Shown here: piece by piece, positions 24,406-32,000 of the stretch
Numbering within the stretch: the first letter of the stretch is position 1
Layout of the letters: every line of letters starts with the position of its first letter
DNA from: Halogeometricum borinquense DSM 11551
GTDB lineage: Archaea; Halobacteriota; Halobacteria; Halobacteriales; Haloferacaceae
Assembly (NCBI RefSeq): GCF_000172995.2
Contig: NC_014729.1
Span: 2,550,001 to 2,582,000 of the forward strand
Reading direction: 5' to 3'
Length of the DNA: 32,000 nucleotides
Translations under genes and position numbers: made by a program
The notes under the pieces: generated by a model
Databases searched by the model: none
Told to the model about the DNA's origin: nothing
The model's input: only the letters and a program-made list of their open reading frames with translations

Positions 24406-24627
24406 TTACTCGTTATCGTAACGCGACGGCGCACTCTCGTCATCGTCTTCGATCCGTCGAACAGACGATGTCGTCCGCGGACGTATCGGGCGCGGACGCG
24501 ACTCGTCGCTCGTCTCGCGTGACGACCACTCGTCGTGGCAGTCGCGGCAGTAGTTTCCTTTGTAGCTGTTCGTGAACAGATACGTATCTCCACAACGGAT
24601 ACAAACCGGGTGTTGAATCCGCTTCAT
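24406..24627 (-). CDS. Small (73 aa) zinc-ribbon protein with acidic/basic disordered tail
   Basis: MKRIQHPVCIRCGDTYLFTNSYKGNYCRDCHDEW has a CxxC...CxxC arrangement. Start placed at the Met at 24627. Two other overlapping minus-strand ORFs in this stretch look like shadow frames. Confidence 0.55.
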   Translation of the reverse strand: MKRIQHPVCIRCGDTYLFTNSYKGNYCRDCHDEWSSRETSDESRPRPIRPRTTSSVRRIEDDDESAPSRYDNE

Positions 24628-24838
24628 CCGAGTTCCCCCACGGTGGTTGGATGCTGGAGAGTTGCCATGTGCTATCACACCACATATGGACTGGAGGAAT
24701 ATAAGTATGAGCAACCTTCACAAGAGTATCATGTTTCGTTATGACACGCCGATACGGAGATATAGCCGCGGGACTAAAAAAACGAAATAGACGTTGTCGC
24801 TAACAAATCTTTTCACCGAACGGCGTGAAACTCGGCGT

Positions 24839-26062
24839 ATGAAACCTGAGGACGTGGAGTACGAACCCGTGAGCGTCAAGGACGTGCTCGCGGAGATGAA
24901 GGACACAGCGGAGCTCCTCATCGATCTCTCGTTCTCCGCGGTCCTCAACGAGAGCGACGACATCGCACGCGAAGTCCTCGAACTCGAAGAGCGCATGGAC
25001 GTGCTGAAGCTGCAAGGTCGGATGAGTCTCCTCATGGCCGCACGCAGCACCGAGGACGCAGAGCAACTGTCGTCCGTTCTCGGCGTCGTCGGCGCCGCGG
25101 AAAAAATCGCCAACGCCGCGGGCGATATCGCCAAGGTGGTGATGGAGGATATCGGCCTTCCGGACGCGATACGCTCTGCGCTCCCCGAGGCGGCGGAGAT
25201 GCTAGTCCGCGCGACTGCTGCTGCCGACTCTGACTACACCGGACGGTCGCTCGCCGACATCAACATGGAGACGGAAACAGGCGTACGGGTGATCGCGATC
25301 CGCCGCCAATCGGTGACGGGCAAGCGTCGCTGGATACTCAACCCGAACCGCGAGACAACGCTCCAAGAGAACGACGTACTTCTGCTCCGCGGTCCGCAAG
25401 CGGGAATCCAGACAGTGTTCGAGACGGTGACAACCAGCCCGTACGAACCGCCCGAGATACGCGAGTCACCAATCGAGGACCTCGAACGCGCCGTGGACTC
25501 GATCATCCTGATGAAGGATATGAGCGAACTCGCCGTAGACCTCGCCTACGGGTCGGTACTGTTCGACTCCGAAGACGTGGCCGAGGAAGTCAAGGAACTG
25601 GAAGCCGAGGTAGACGCCCTCAAATCGCGGTTCGAAGCGTGGGTGCTTCGCGCCGCTGGACGAGTCGATGATCCCGTGCAACTCCGGGGACTCGTTCACA
25701 TCGCCTCGGCGACGGAAGTCATCTCTGACGCCGCTCTCGAAATCTCCGAAGGCGTCCTTCGCGGCATCGATGCACACCCGGTCGTCGCCGCCGCCGTCGA
25801 GGAGTCCGACGAGATCATCGTCCGCCTCCACGTCGGTCCGGGATGTTCACTGGCGAACGAGACGCTGGGCGACCGGATGGTCAAGACCGAGACGGGAATG
25901 CGTGTCATCGCCGTTCGCCGCGCCGACGGGCGCGAGTGGGTGGTCCAACCCGGTCCGACGACCGAACTCAAACCCGACGACGTTATCATCGCCAAGGGGA
26001 CTCGTGCAGGGGCCGAGCGTCTCGGCGAACTCCTCAACGACCCCCAGACGTTCGACGAGTAA
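24839..26062 (+). CDS. Putative K+ transport / channel regulatory protein with two (PhoU-like helical plus TrkA-C/RCK_C) repeats
   Basis: Internal duplication of the helical part: SVKDVLAEMKDTAELLIDLSFSAVL...EVLELEERMDVLK versus AVDSIILMKDMSELAVDLAYGSVLF...EVKELEAEVDALK. Internal duplication of the RCK_C-like part: GRSLADINMETETGVRVIAIRR...NDVLLLRG versus NETLGDRMVKTETGMRVIAVRR...DDVIIAKG. The ATG at 24839 is preferred over the TTG at 24794. Confidence 0.8.
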   Translation: MKPEDVEYEPVSVKDVLAEMKDTAELLIDLSFSAVLNESDDIAREVLELEERMDVLKLQGRMSLLMAARSTEDAEQLSSVLGVVGAAEKIANAAGDIAKVVMEDIGLPDAIRSALPEAAEMLVRATAAADSDYTGRSLADINMETETGVRVIAIRRQSVTGKRRWILNPNRETTLQENDVLLLRGPQAGIQTVFETVTTSPYEPPEIRESPIEDLERAVDSIILMKDMSELAVDLAYGSVLFDSEDVAEEVKELEAEVDALKSRFEAWVLRAAGRVDDPVQLRGLVHIASATEVISDAALEISEGVLRGIDAHPVVAAAVEESDEIIVRLHVGPGCSLANETLGDRMVKTETGMRVIAVRRADGREWVVQPGPTTELKPDDVIIAKGTRAGAERLGELLNDPQTFDE

Positions 26063-26099
26063 ACTGCCCTGAAGAGAGTCGGAGCGCGCCACGTGGCGT

Positions 26100-26417
26100 T
26101 CACATATCCTTGACAAGTCTGTACGCCGAAACGAGCGTCAAGAGCGACGCTACCAACAGCGCCGTCGATGACGCGAGGACGAACGCGAGAACGGCGAACC
26201 ACCCTTCGGGTCCGAGGACCGGATACTCTCGGGTCCCGACGAACGGGCCGAACAGTTCGAGAACGCGGAACGCATAGGCGACGACTGCGAGGCCAATCCC
26301 TACGATAGCACCGATTTTCACGTTCCGCGGGACGTGTAACGCGTGGGCCAGTCCGCGTTGCGGCGGCCGACCCGGAACCTCGTCGCTCACGGTTGTCGCT
26401 ACTGGTTCGGGGAGCAT
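26100..26417 (-). CDS. Small membrane protein (two TM helices), unknown function
   Basis: IGAIVGIGLAVVAYAF and WFAVLAFVLASSTALLVASLLTLV are hydrophobic segments. Codon usage fits. The overlapping 384-aa ORF 25696-26850 is an Arg-rich shadow frame. Confidence 0.55.
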   Translation of the reverse strand: MLPEPVATTVSDEVPGRPPQRGLAHALHVPRNVKIGAIVGIGLAVVAYAFRVLELFGPFVGTREYPVLGPEGWFAVLAFVLASSTALLVASLLTLVSAYRLVKDM

Positions 26418-26590
26418 AGCCTCGTCGGTATCGAAAGAAGTGTTCTATGTTATACTGTTTTCCGACGGCAGATGTCACTCCGAAGTCACTCTGCAGTCCC
26501 TCTCGGAGGACAATGCTAGCTCTCATCATCTTGAACCCGATTGGCCGGTGAATCCGTCTGAATATCGCCTCACCGTGACGGCCGAGTCGT

Positions 26591-27919
26591 TTACGCGTAC
26601 GCCTCGAACTCGCGGCCGAATACGAGGAAGTAGCCCGTTCCGATGAGACCGACGGCGGTAGCGAGGAGAAACGCCGTCTTCGGATCGTTCGAGTACAGCC
26701 ACCCACCGACAACGGCCGAGGGAATAGTGACGACGTTACGAACGAGGTAGTACGAGCCGACGACGCGTCCACCCGCGTTCTCCTCGGCGGGACCGACGAT
26801 GAGTGCCTTATGCGCCGGGAGACCGGCGAACCGGAGCCCCGAAAAGGCAAACAGCACCGCGAGGACGAGTGCGCTGTCGGGCGCGTTTATCAGGAGAACA
26901 GGGAAGACCGCGTAGACGGCGAACCCGAGGGCGACGACGGGTTTCAGCCCGAACCGCTGGGAGAGTTTCGCCACCGGAACCATCGTCACGAGCGCGACGG
27001 CCATCTCGACTGCCAAGAGGACGCCGAAGAACGCATCCGGTGAGAGGGATCCGACTACCGGGAGGGTGACGCCAACTTCGAGGAACTCGACGACGACGAT
27101 GACGAAAAAGACGTACACCATCCCGTTGGCAAAGCGGACGAGCGTGTCGCCGACGAGTAACGGTCTGAGAGCGGGAGGCATCGAGCGAAGGTCCGAGAGA
27201 ACGGTCGAGATGCCCCCGAAGGACTTTCCGATGCTGTCCTCGCTCGCATCGTAGAGGACGTGTTGGGCGACCGTCGCCACGGCGGCGAAGGCGGCGGCGA
27301 CGGCGAGAATGACACGGAACCCCGTCTCGAAGGCAAAGACAGCGAGGACGCCAGCGGCGAACAGTGGCCCGATGAAGAACGCTGTCCGCCGAAACGTCTC
27401 CGTGCTGGCGAATCCGGTGGCGAGTCGTCCCGGCGGGACACTCTGCTTGACGATGGCGAACGTCGCGCCGAGACCGAACGATTTCCACGCTTGTGCGAAC
27501 AGAAGGCCGACGAAGATGCCGACGGGAAGCAGCACGGAGTCGATTGTTAACGGTCCGACCGTGAATCCGGGAACCGTGAGGACGCCGAACGCGTCGGCAA
27601 ACAACCAGATCAGGAAGCCGACGGTAGAGGCGAAACCGAACGCAGTGAGCGCGACCCGGGAACCGACGCGATCAGAAAATGCGCCGCCGGGATACGGATA
27701 GACGGCGCTGATGAGGTTGCCGAAACTCCCGTACAGGCCGATTGCGACGCCTCCAGCGCCGAGCACGCTCATGTACCGAGGCATGTACCGTCCCGTCATC
27801 TGAAAGCCGAGACTGAACGCGAACATCGACACCGAGAGGACGAGTACGTCGCCATCGAGGGCGAAGAACTGTCGGAACGTCGAGAGCGCGTCCGGATCGT
27901 CCGTCTCCCCATGTCCCAT
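26591..27919 (-). CDS. Major facilitator superfamily transporter
   Basis: 442 aa with about 12 hydrophobic helices and an MFS-type loop GGAFSDRVGSR between TM2 and TM3. Confidence 0.8.
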   Translation of the reverse strand: MGHGETDDPDALSTFRQFFALDGDVLVLSVSMFAFSLGFQMTGRYMPRYMSVLGAGGVAIGLYGSFGNLISAVYPYPGGAFSDRVGSRVALTAFGFASTVGFLIWLFADAFGVLTVPGFTVGPLTIDSVLLPVGIFVGLLFAQAWKSFGLGATFAIVKQSVPPGRLATGFASTETFRRTAFFIGPLFAAGVLAVFAFETGFRVILAVAAAFAAVATVAQHVLYDASEDSIGKSFGGISTVLSDLRSMPPALRPLLVGDTLVRFANGMVYVFFVIVVVEFLEVGVTLPVVGSLSPDAFFGVLLAVEMAVALVTMVPVAKLSQRFGLKPVVALGFAVYAVFPVLLINAPDSALVLAVLFAFSGLRFAGLPAHKALIVGPAEENAGGRVVGSYYLVRNVVTIPSAVVGGWLYSNDPKTAFLLATAVGLIGTGYFLVFGREFEAYA

Positions 27920-28098
27920 ACGTTGTGTGTCATCCGATAGACGATATTTCTCCCGATCCAGTCAGGTGGGAGTAAAGCGTCTCGGTTGAATCGTTCGGCG
28001 TCACGCGACCGCTCGACCGCAACAAGATGGGGAGTACGGGCGTCGGGAGTGGTCACGATACCGAACCGATAAAGGGAGACGCAACCCAGTGTCTGGTA

Positions 28099-29055
28099 AT
28101 GATTTCCCTCGGCAGTGCGAGTGCGGCCCCCGGTGAGGTGGATACGGGGCGTCTCGAAGTGGGCGAGACGCGCGATGGAACCACCGTCGGTCTGCCGTGC
28201 GCCGTCGTGAACGGAGCGTCAGACGGGAAGACGCTCTACCTGCAGGCGGCCTCGGACGGCGACGAACTGAACGGCGTCGGTGTCATCCAGCGACTGTTTC
28301 CGCAATTAGACCCCACAGAGCTATCCGGACAAATTCTCATTGTCGGTATCGTCAACTACCACGCATTTCAGGTGGCACAGCACCGGAACCCGATAGACGA
28401 CACGAAGATGAACCGGGCGTATCCCGGCGACGAGAACGGAACATCTTCGGAACGCATCGCGGCGGCGACGTTCGATGCGGCCCGGCGTGCCGACTTGATT
28501 CTCGACCTCCACCAAGGCTCTACCTCACAGATGATAGACGAAGTTCGGGTTCGGTGCGGGCGGCACCACCGCCTCCACAGCGAGTGTCTCCAACTCGCCA
28601 AGACGTTCGGGTGCGGGTACGTCTTAGACCAGAAAGGACCGGACGGCCAACTGGCCCGCGCCGCTCCCGACGAGGGAATCCCGACGGTGGACCCCGAACT
28701 CGGCGGGTGCGTCGGATGGGACGAAGAGAGCATCCAAAAAGGCGTCCGCGGCGTCTACAACGTCCTCCGCGGATACGGATTCATCGATGGCAGCGTCGAG
28801 ACGGAACGACAGACGCGTGCGAAGGGCTTCGATCAGTACGGCGCGCCGACCGGCGGTCTGGTTCGATTCAAAAAGAGCCTCGGCGAACAGGTATCAGCCG
28901 GCGATGTCGTGTTCGAGATAACGGACGTGTTCGGCGGCCTCAAAGCCCGTGTTACGGCGGACAACACCGGGATCTTCTGGCGCTCACGCCGACTCCCGCA
29001 GGTCGCAACCGGTGAGTATGTCTGTTCGGTCGGGACCGGCATCGACACGTTCTGA
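28099..29055 (+). CDS. Succinylglutamate desuccinylase / aspartoacylase (AstE/AspA, M14-like) family deacylase
   Basis: Family-like blocks LYLQAASDGDELNG, NRAYPG, LILDLHQG and TVDPELGG. Start taken at MISLGSAS (28099). The stop overlaps the next gene's ATG (TGATG). Confidence 0.65.
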   Translation: MISLGSASAAPGEVDTGRLEVGETRDGTTVGLPCAVVNGASDGKTLYLQAASDGDELNGVGVIQRLFPQLDPTELSGQILIVGIVNYHAFQVAQHRNPIDDTKMNRAYPGDENGTSSERIAAATFDAARRADLILDLHQGSTSQMIDEVRVRCGRHHRLHSECLQLAKTFGCGYVLDQKGPDGQLARAAPDEGIPTVDPELGGCVGWDEESIQKGVRGVYNVLRGYGFIDGSVETERQTRAKGFDQYGAPTGGLVRFKKSLGEQVSAGDVVFEITDVFGGLKARVTADNTGIFWRSRRLPQVATGEYVCSVGTGIDTF

Positions 29056-30146
29056 TGTCCCTCTCGAACCTCTCTCTGCGGTGTTCCGCGTGCGGTGAGA
29101 CGTACGAAACGGCGTGGGCGTGGCGGTGTGACTGCGGCGCGCCGTTGGACTTTCTTGCGGACGCCCGTCCGTCGCGCAGTGCGCCGGACCCTCGCGAGTT
29201 CGACGACCGGCGCGGTCTCTGGTCGTTCGCTGACTTCCTCCCCGTCGGCCCGCACGTCACCCTCGGCGAAGGGATGACCCCGTTGGTTGACGCTCCCGAG
29301 TGGGATGCCGCGTTCAAACTGGAGTACGTCTTCCCGACAGGGTCGTTCAAGGACCGCGGGGCGACGACAACACTCTCAGTCGCGACGGAACTCGGCATCG
29401 AGAAAGTGGTCGAAGACTCCTCGGGCAACGCGGGGGCGGCCATCGCTACCTACGCCGCCCGGGCCGGTATCGACGCCGACATCTACGTTCCTGCGTCGGT
29501 GAAAGCCGCGAAACTCCGCGCCATCGAGCGCGCCGGAGCCACGCCCGTCCGTGTGGAAGGCTCCCGCGAGGACGTGACTGACGCCTGTCTCGAAGCGGTC
29601 GAAGACGGCGACGGATGGTACGCCTCTCACGCGTGGAATCCGGCGTTCTTCGCCGGGACGGCAACGTTTGCCTACGAGGTGGCCTACCAGCGCGGATGGT
29701 CCGCTCCCGACGCGGTCGTCACGCCACTCGGCCACGGAACGCTGTTCCTCGGCGCATACCGCGGCTTCCGCGCACTCCGCGACGCGGGTTGGATCGACGA
29801 GATGCCGAAACTGCTCGGCGCGCAAGCGGCCGGGTACGCGCCCGTCGCGGAGGAACTGCACGGTCCAACCGAGGGAACAAACGATGTCGCCGACGGCATC
29901 CAGATACGTGATCCGACGCGTCTCGACCAGATTCTCGACGCCGTGGACGCGACCGATGGCGACGCCATCGCACTCACAGAAGATGCGGTGGAGACGGAAC
30001 TCGACCGCCTGCACCGACGCGGATTCTACACGGAACCGACGTGTGCCGTCGCACCCGCTGCACTCGGCGAGTACCGCGAACGCGGGGTTCTCTCGGATGA
30101 CGACGACGTGGTCGTTCCGCTCACAGGGAGCGGACTGAAGAACTGA
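29055..30146 (+). CDS. thrC: Threonine synthase-family PLP enzyme with N-terminal zinc ribbon
   Basis: CSACGETYETAWAWRCDCG zinc ribbon. PLP-lysine motif FPTGSFKDRG. SSGNAGAA glycine-rich loop. Confidence 0.8.
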   Translation: MSLSNLSLRCSACGETYETAWAWRCDCGAPLDFLADARPSRSAPDPREFDDRRGLWSFADFLPVGPHVTLGEGMTPLVDAPEWDAAFKLEYVFPTGSFKDRGATTTLSVATELGIEKVVEDSSGNAGAAIATYAARAGIDADIYVPASVKAAKLRAIERAGATPVRVEGSREDVTDACLEAVEDGDGWYASHAWNPAFFAGTATFAYEVAYQRGWSAPDAVVTPLGHGTLFLGAYRGFRALRDAGWIDEMPKLLGAQAAGYAPVAEELHGPTEGTNDVADGIQIRDPTRLDQILDAVDATDGDAIALTEDAVETELDRLHRRGFYTEPTCAVAPAALGEYRERGVLSDDDDVVVPLTGSGLKN

Positions 30147-30263
30147 AGTGAAGAAGGGAATCGAAGCGGACTGAAGAACTGAAGCAAAGGACCGAGAATT
30201 GCGCTGGTTGGGATTTCGTCAAAATTGAGTTAGCTCGGCCGCCCGGCGTTCTCATCGGGCGTT

Positions 30264-30521
30264 TCAGCGTCCATCGTTCGCTTTCCCGCGATATGTATCC
30301 ATACCGATCACGTCGTTGAGTGGGCACTTCTGCGTGAGGCCAGTCGTGAGGAGGACGGCCCCGACGACGAGAGCACCCCCTGCGAGGACGAGTCCGAGCG
30401 TCCCGGCCGCGATGGTAAACAGGCCCGCGACTGCCGCGGCACCGACGATTACGAGGAGCGGTCCGACGACGAGTCGAGCGATGCGGTCGTAGCCACCGAC
30501 GTTTTTCTCCATGGGCTTCAC
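30264..30521 (-). CDS. DUF2892 / YgaP-like small membrane protein
   Basis: MEKNVGGYDRIARLVVGPLLVIVG, a second helix, and a C-terminal CPLN motif typical of the family. The start is at 30521 or 30512. Confidence 0.7.
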   Translation of the reverse strand: MKPMEKNVGGYDRIARLVVGPLLVIVGAAAVAGLFTIAAGTLGLVLAGGALVVGAVLLTTGLTQKCPLNDVIGMDTYRGKANDGR

Positions 30522-30587
30522 CCGGTCTGAGATACGCCGTGTGAGAGAATAACGTAGAGTGTTGCTTCTCGAAACTGGAGAACCGCG

Positions 30588-31349
30588 TCAGCGCTCGTAT
30601 CGACGCTGCCGGCCGCTGAGTCGCTCGTCCCAATCGATCCACTCCTGTTCCCATCCGCTGGGTGCGAAGTACCCAGAGTCACTGAATTCGGCATCCTCGC
30701 GGACTGTCCGGTTTCGGACAGGTCCGCTCCGCTGTTCGCCTTCGACCAACAGCGGGTCGAACGCGACGGGTCCGTGCTTTTCGACGACTTCGCCCGCGGC
30801 ATCGACGCTCACGAGCGTCTGCTTCGGCCCGCCCATCGGGAAGACGAGTCGGCCGTCGGGTTCGAGTTGCGAGACGAGTCGGTTCGGCGGTTCGATGGCC
30901 GCCGCTTCGACGAGGATACGGTCAAACGGCGCGTACTCCGGGAGTCCATCCGCGCCATCACGACAGTCTACGAGGACGGCGGCCGACTCCACGGATTGGA
31001 GATTTGACCGTGCCGCATAGACCAGTCTACGGTCGATATCGACCGCGTGAACGTGCGTGTCACCGACGATTTCGGCTACCAGTGCGGCGGTATATCCGAC
31101 TCCGGCACCGACGATCAGCACGTCTTCGTCCGGTTCTGCCGAGAGCGCAGTGAGCAGTCGAGCGACGTTCGCTGGAGAGAGAACGGTCGAACCCTCGAAC
31201 TTGCTAGCGCGGTTTTGGTACGGGGCGTCCTCGACGAACTCGTGTCGCGGGACGGTTCGCATGGCGAGGGCAACGGATTCGGCCACGTCCATTCCGTGTT
31301 CGAGGCCATCAACCATGTCCTCACGCAGTACCGCAGGGTCCATAGACAA
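30588..31349 (-). CDS. pcm: Protein-L-isoaspartate O-methyltransferase with C-terminal extension
   Basis: VPRHEFV block, SAM motif I VLIVGAGVGYTAALVAEIV, and a later LVFPMG block. About 40 extra C-terminal residues. Confidence 0.85.
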   Translation of the reverse strand: MSMDPAVLREDMVDGLEHGMDVAESVALAMRTVPRHEFVEDAPYQNRASKFEGSTVLSPANVARLLTALSAEPDEDVLIVGAGVGYTAALVAEIVGDTHVHAVDIDRRLVYAARSNLQSVESAAVLVDCRDGADGLPEYAPFDRILVEAAAIEPPNRLVSQLEPDGRLVFPMGGPKQTLVSVDAAGEVVEKHGPVAFDPLLVEGEQRSGPVRNRTVREDAEFSDSGYFAPSGWEQEWIDWDERLSGRQRRYER

Positions 31350-31364
31350 TCTCGGGTGTCCGCA

Positions 31365-31986
31365 CTAATCAACCGCACGCTCCGGCCGGCGCGCGATGAC
31401 AGCGGTCCGCTCGTCGCCGGGTACCGGCCGTACGGACACAGCACTGAATCCAGCCTCGTCCAGCCACGTCCGATACATCTCCGCTGAATAGGCGTCGCCG
31501 TGTCCGACGCCCAGCGCCCGGATTCGCGCCCGAACCGCCGCAGGAGACCCGTCGCGGAGCGTATCAACAAGCACGAGCGTTCCACCCGGTTCGAGAGCGT
31601 CGAACGCGTGTCCGAGTAGCGTCCGATTCGCCGCAGGGTCGTATCGACTCGTCACGTCGGCGGCGAACACGAGTCCGTACTGGTCGTCGGTCTCGAAAGC
31701 GGGCACGTTGGCTGCGACGGTGCGAACGTCGCGGTGCCCGAGCATCGGTGCGACAGCATCGATAACAGCGGGTGCGTCGAGAAGCATCGCTTCGTACCCG
31801 CGCGCGGCAAACTCTGTCGTACGCGCCGGACGCACCGCAGATGTCGAGAACGCAGTCAGCATTCGGTGCCTCACGGACAGCGGCGGTCACGCGCGCTCGA
31901 ACGGTCGCGTCGTCCATCGCGGCGTGCGCGCCGAGTCGGTTCCGCGTCCACTCGTCGGGGAGTTCAGGAGCGTCGCCTGTCTGCAT
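31365..31986 (-). pseudogene. Class I SAM-dependent methyltransferase interrupted by a frameshift near 31818-31824
   Basis: ORF 31564-31986 ends its meaningful part with ADCVLDICGASGAY. ORF 31365-31874 continues in another frame with TTEFAARGYEAMLLDAPAVID...LEPGGTLVLVD. Joined, they give a normal motif I to post-I to motif II methyltransferase. Confidence 0.6.
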
Positions 31987-32000
31987 CGTTTCCGGCAGAT

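Noticed and set aside
25696-26850. 384-aa minus-strand ORF, the third-longest minus-strand ORF in the track
   Set aside because: It is extremely Arg/Ser/Pro-rich with no acidic bias. It lies antisense to the well-supported TrkA-C gene and runs across two other genes. This is a typical shadow ORF of GC-rich DNA.
30130-30184. 19-bp direct repeat gcggactgaagaactgaag (30130-30148 and 30166-30184), the first copy covering the thrC stop codon
   Set aside because: It is a short local duplication of the gene's 3' end with no structure or coding consequence that I can see. It is probably slippage.

Overview
GC-rich segment with strongly acidic predicted proteins. PGF-CTERM, HalX, halocyanin and Tat-lipobox signals mark it as a haloarchaeal (class Halobacteria) chromosome. 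I support about 31 protein genes, 4 tRNA genes and several repeat structures.

Left to right the genes are:
- a PGF-CTERM secreted protein, a CxxxxC flavoprotein disulfide oxidoreductase, a membrane histidine kinase and an NhaC antiporter;
- a signalling and metal cluster: nikR, a pseudo-receiver histidine kinase, an HxlR-REC-HalX regulator, pcp and a ZIP transporter;
- a secreted double-thermonuclease lipoprotein;
- a translationally coupled two-domain multicopper oxidase and two-domain halocyanin;
- tRNA-CAU, tRNA-Asn and cca;
- the information-processing cluster rpa2 - histone (hstA) - hdaI;
- a duplicated tRNA-Arg locus;
- a TrkA-C regulator, an MFS transporter, an AstE/AspA-like deacylase overlapping a thrC paralogue, pcm, and a frameshifted SAM methyltransferase.

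I saw no transposase, integrase, CRISPR array or recognisable defence genes.

The most unusual region is 23371-24360. A tandemly duplicated tRNA-Arg(GCG) unit is filled with direct and inverted orphan copies of the tRNA 3' end. It also carries at least four copies of a tRNA-acceptor-like minihelix hairpin.

Other points worth a second look:
- a 23-nt 3'-end duplicate of tRNA-CAU next to an AT-rich island;
- a halocyanin domain in which both copper-ligand histidines are tyrosines;
- a multicopper oxidase with HCH motifs in both domains.

Everything here comes from reading the sequence. No database searches were run.
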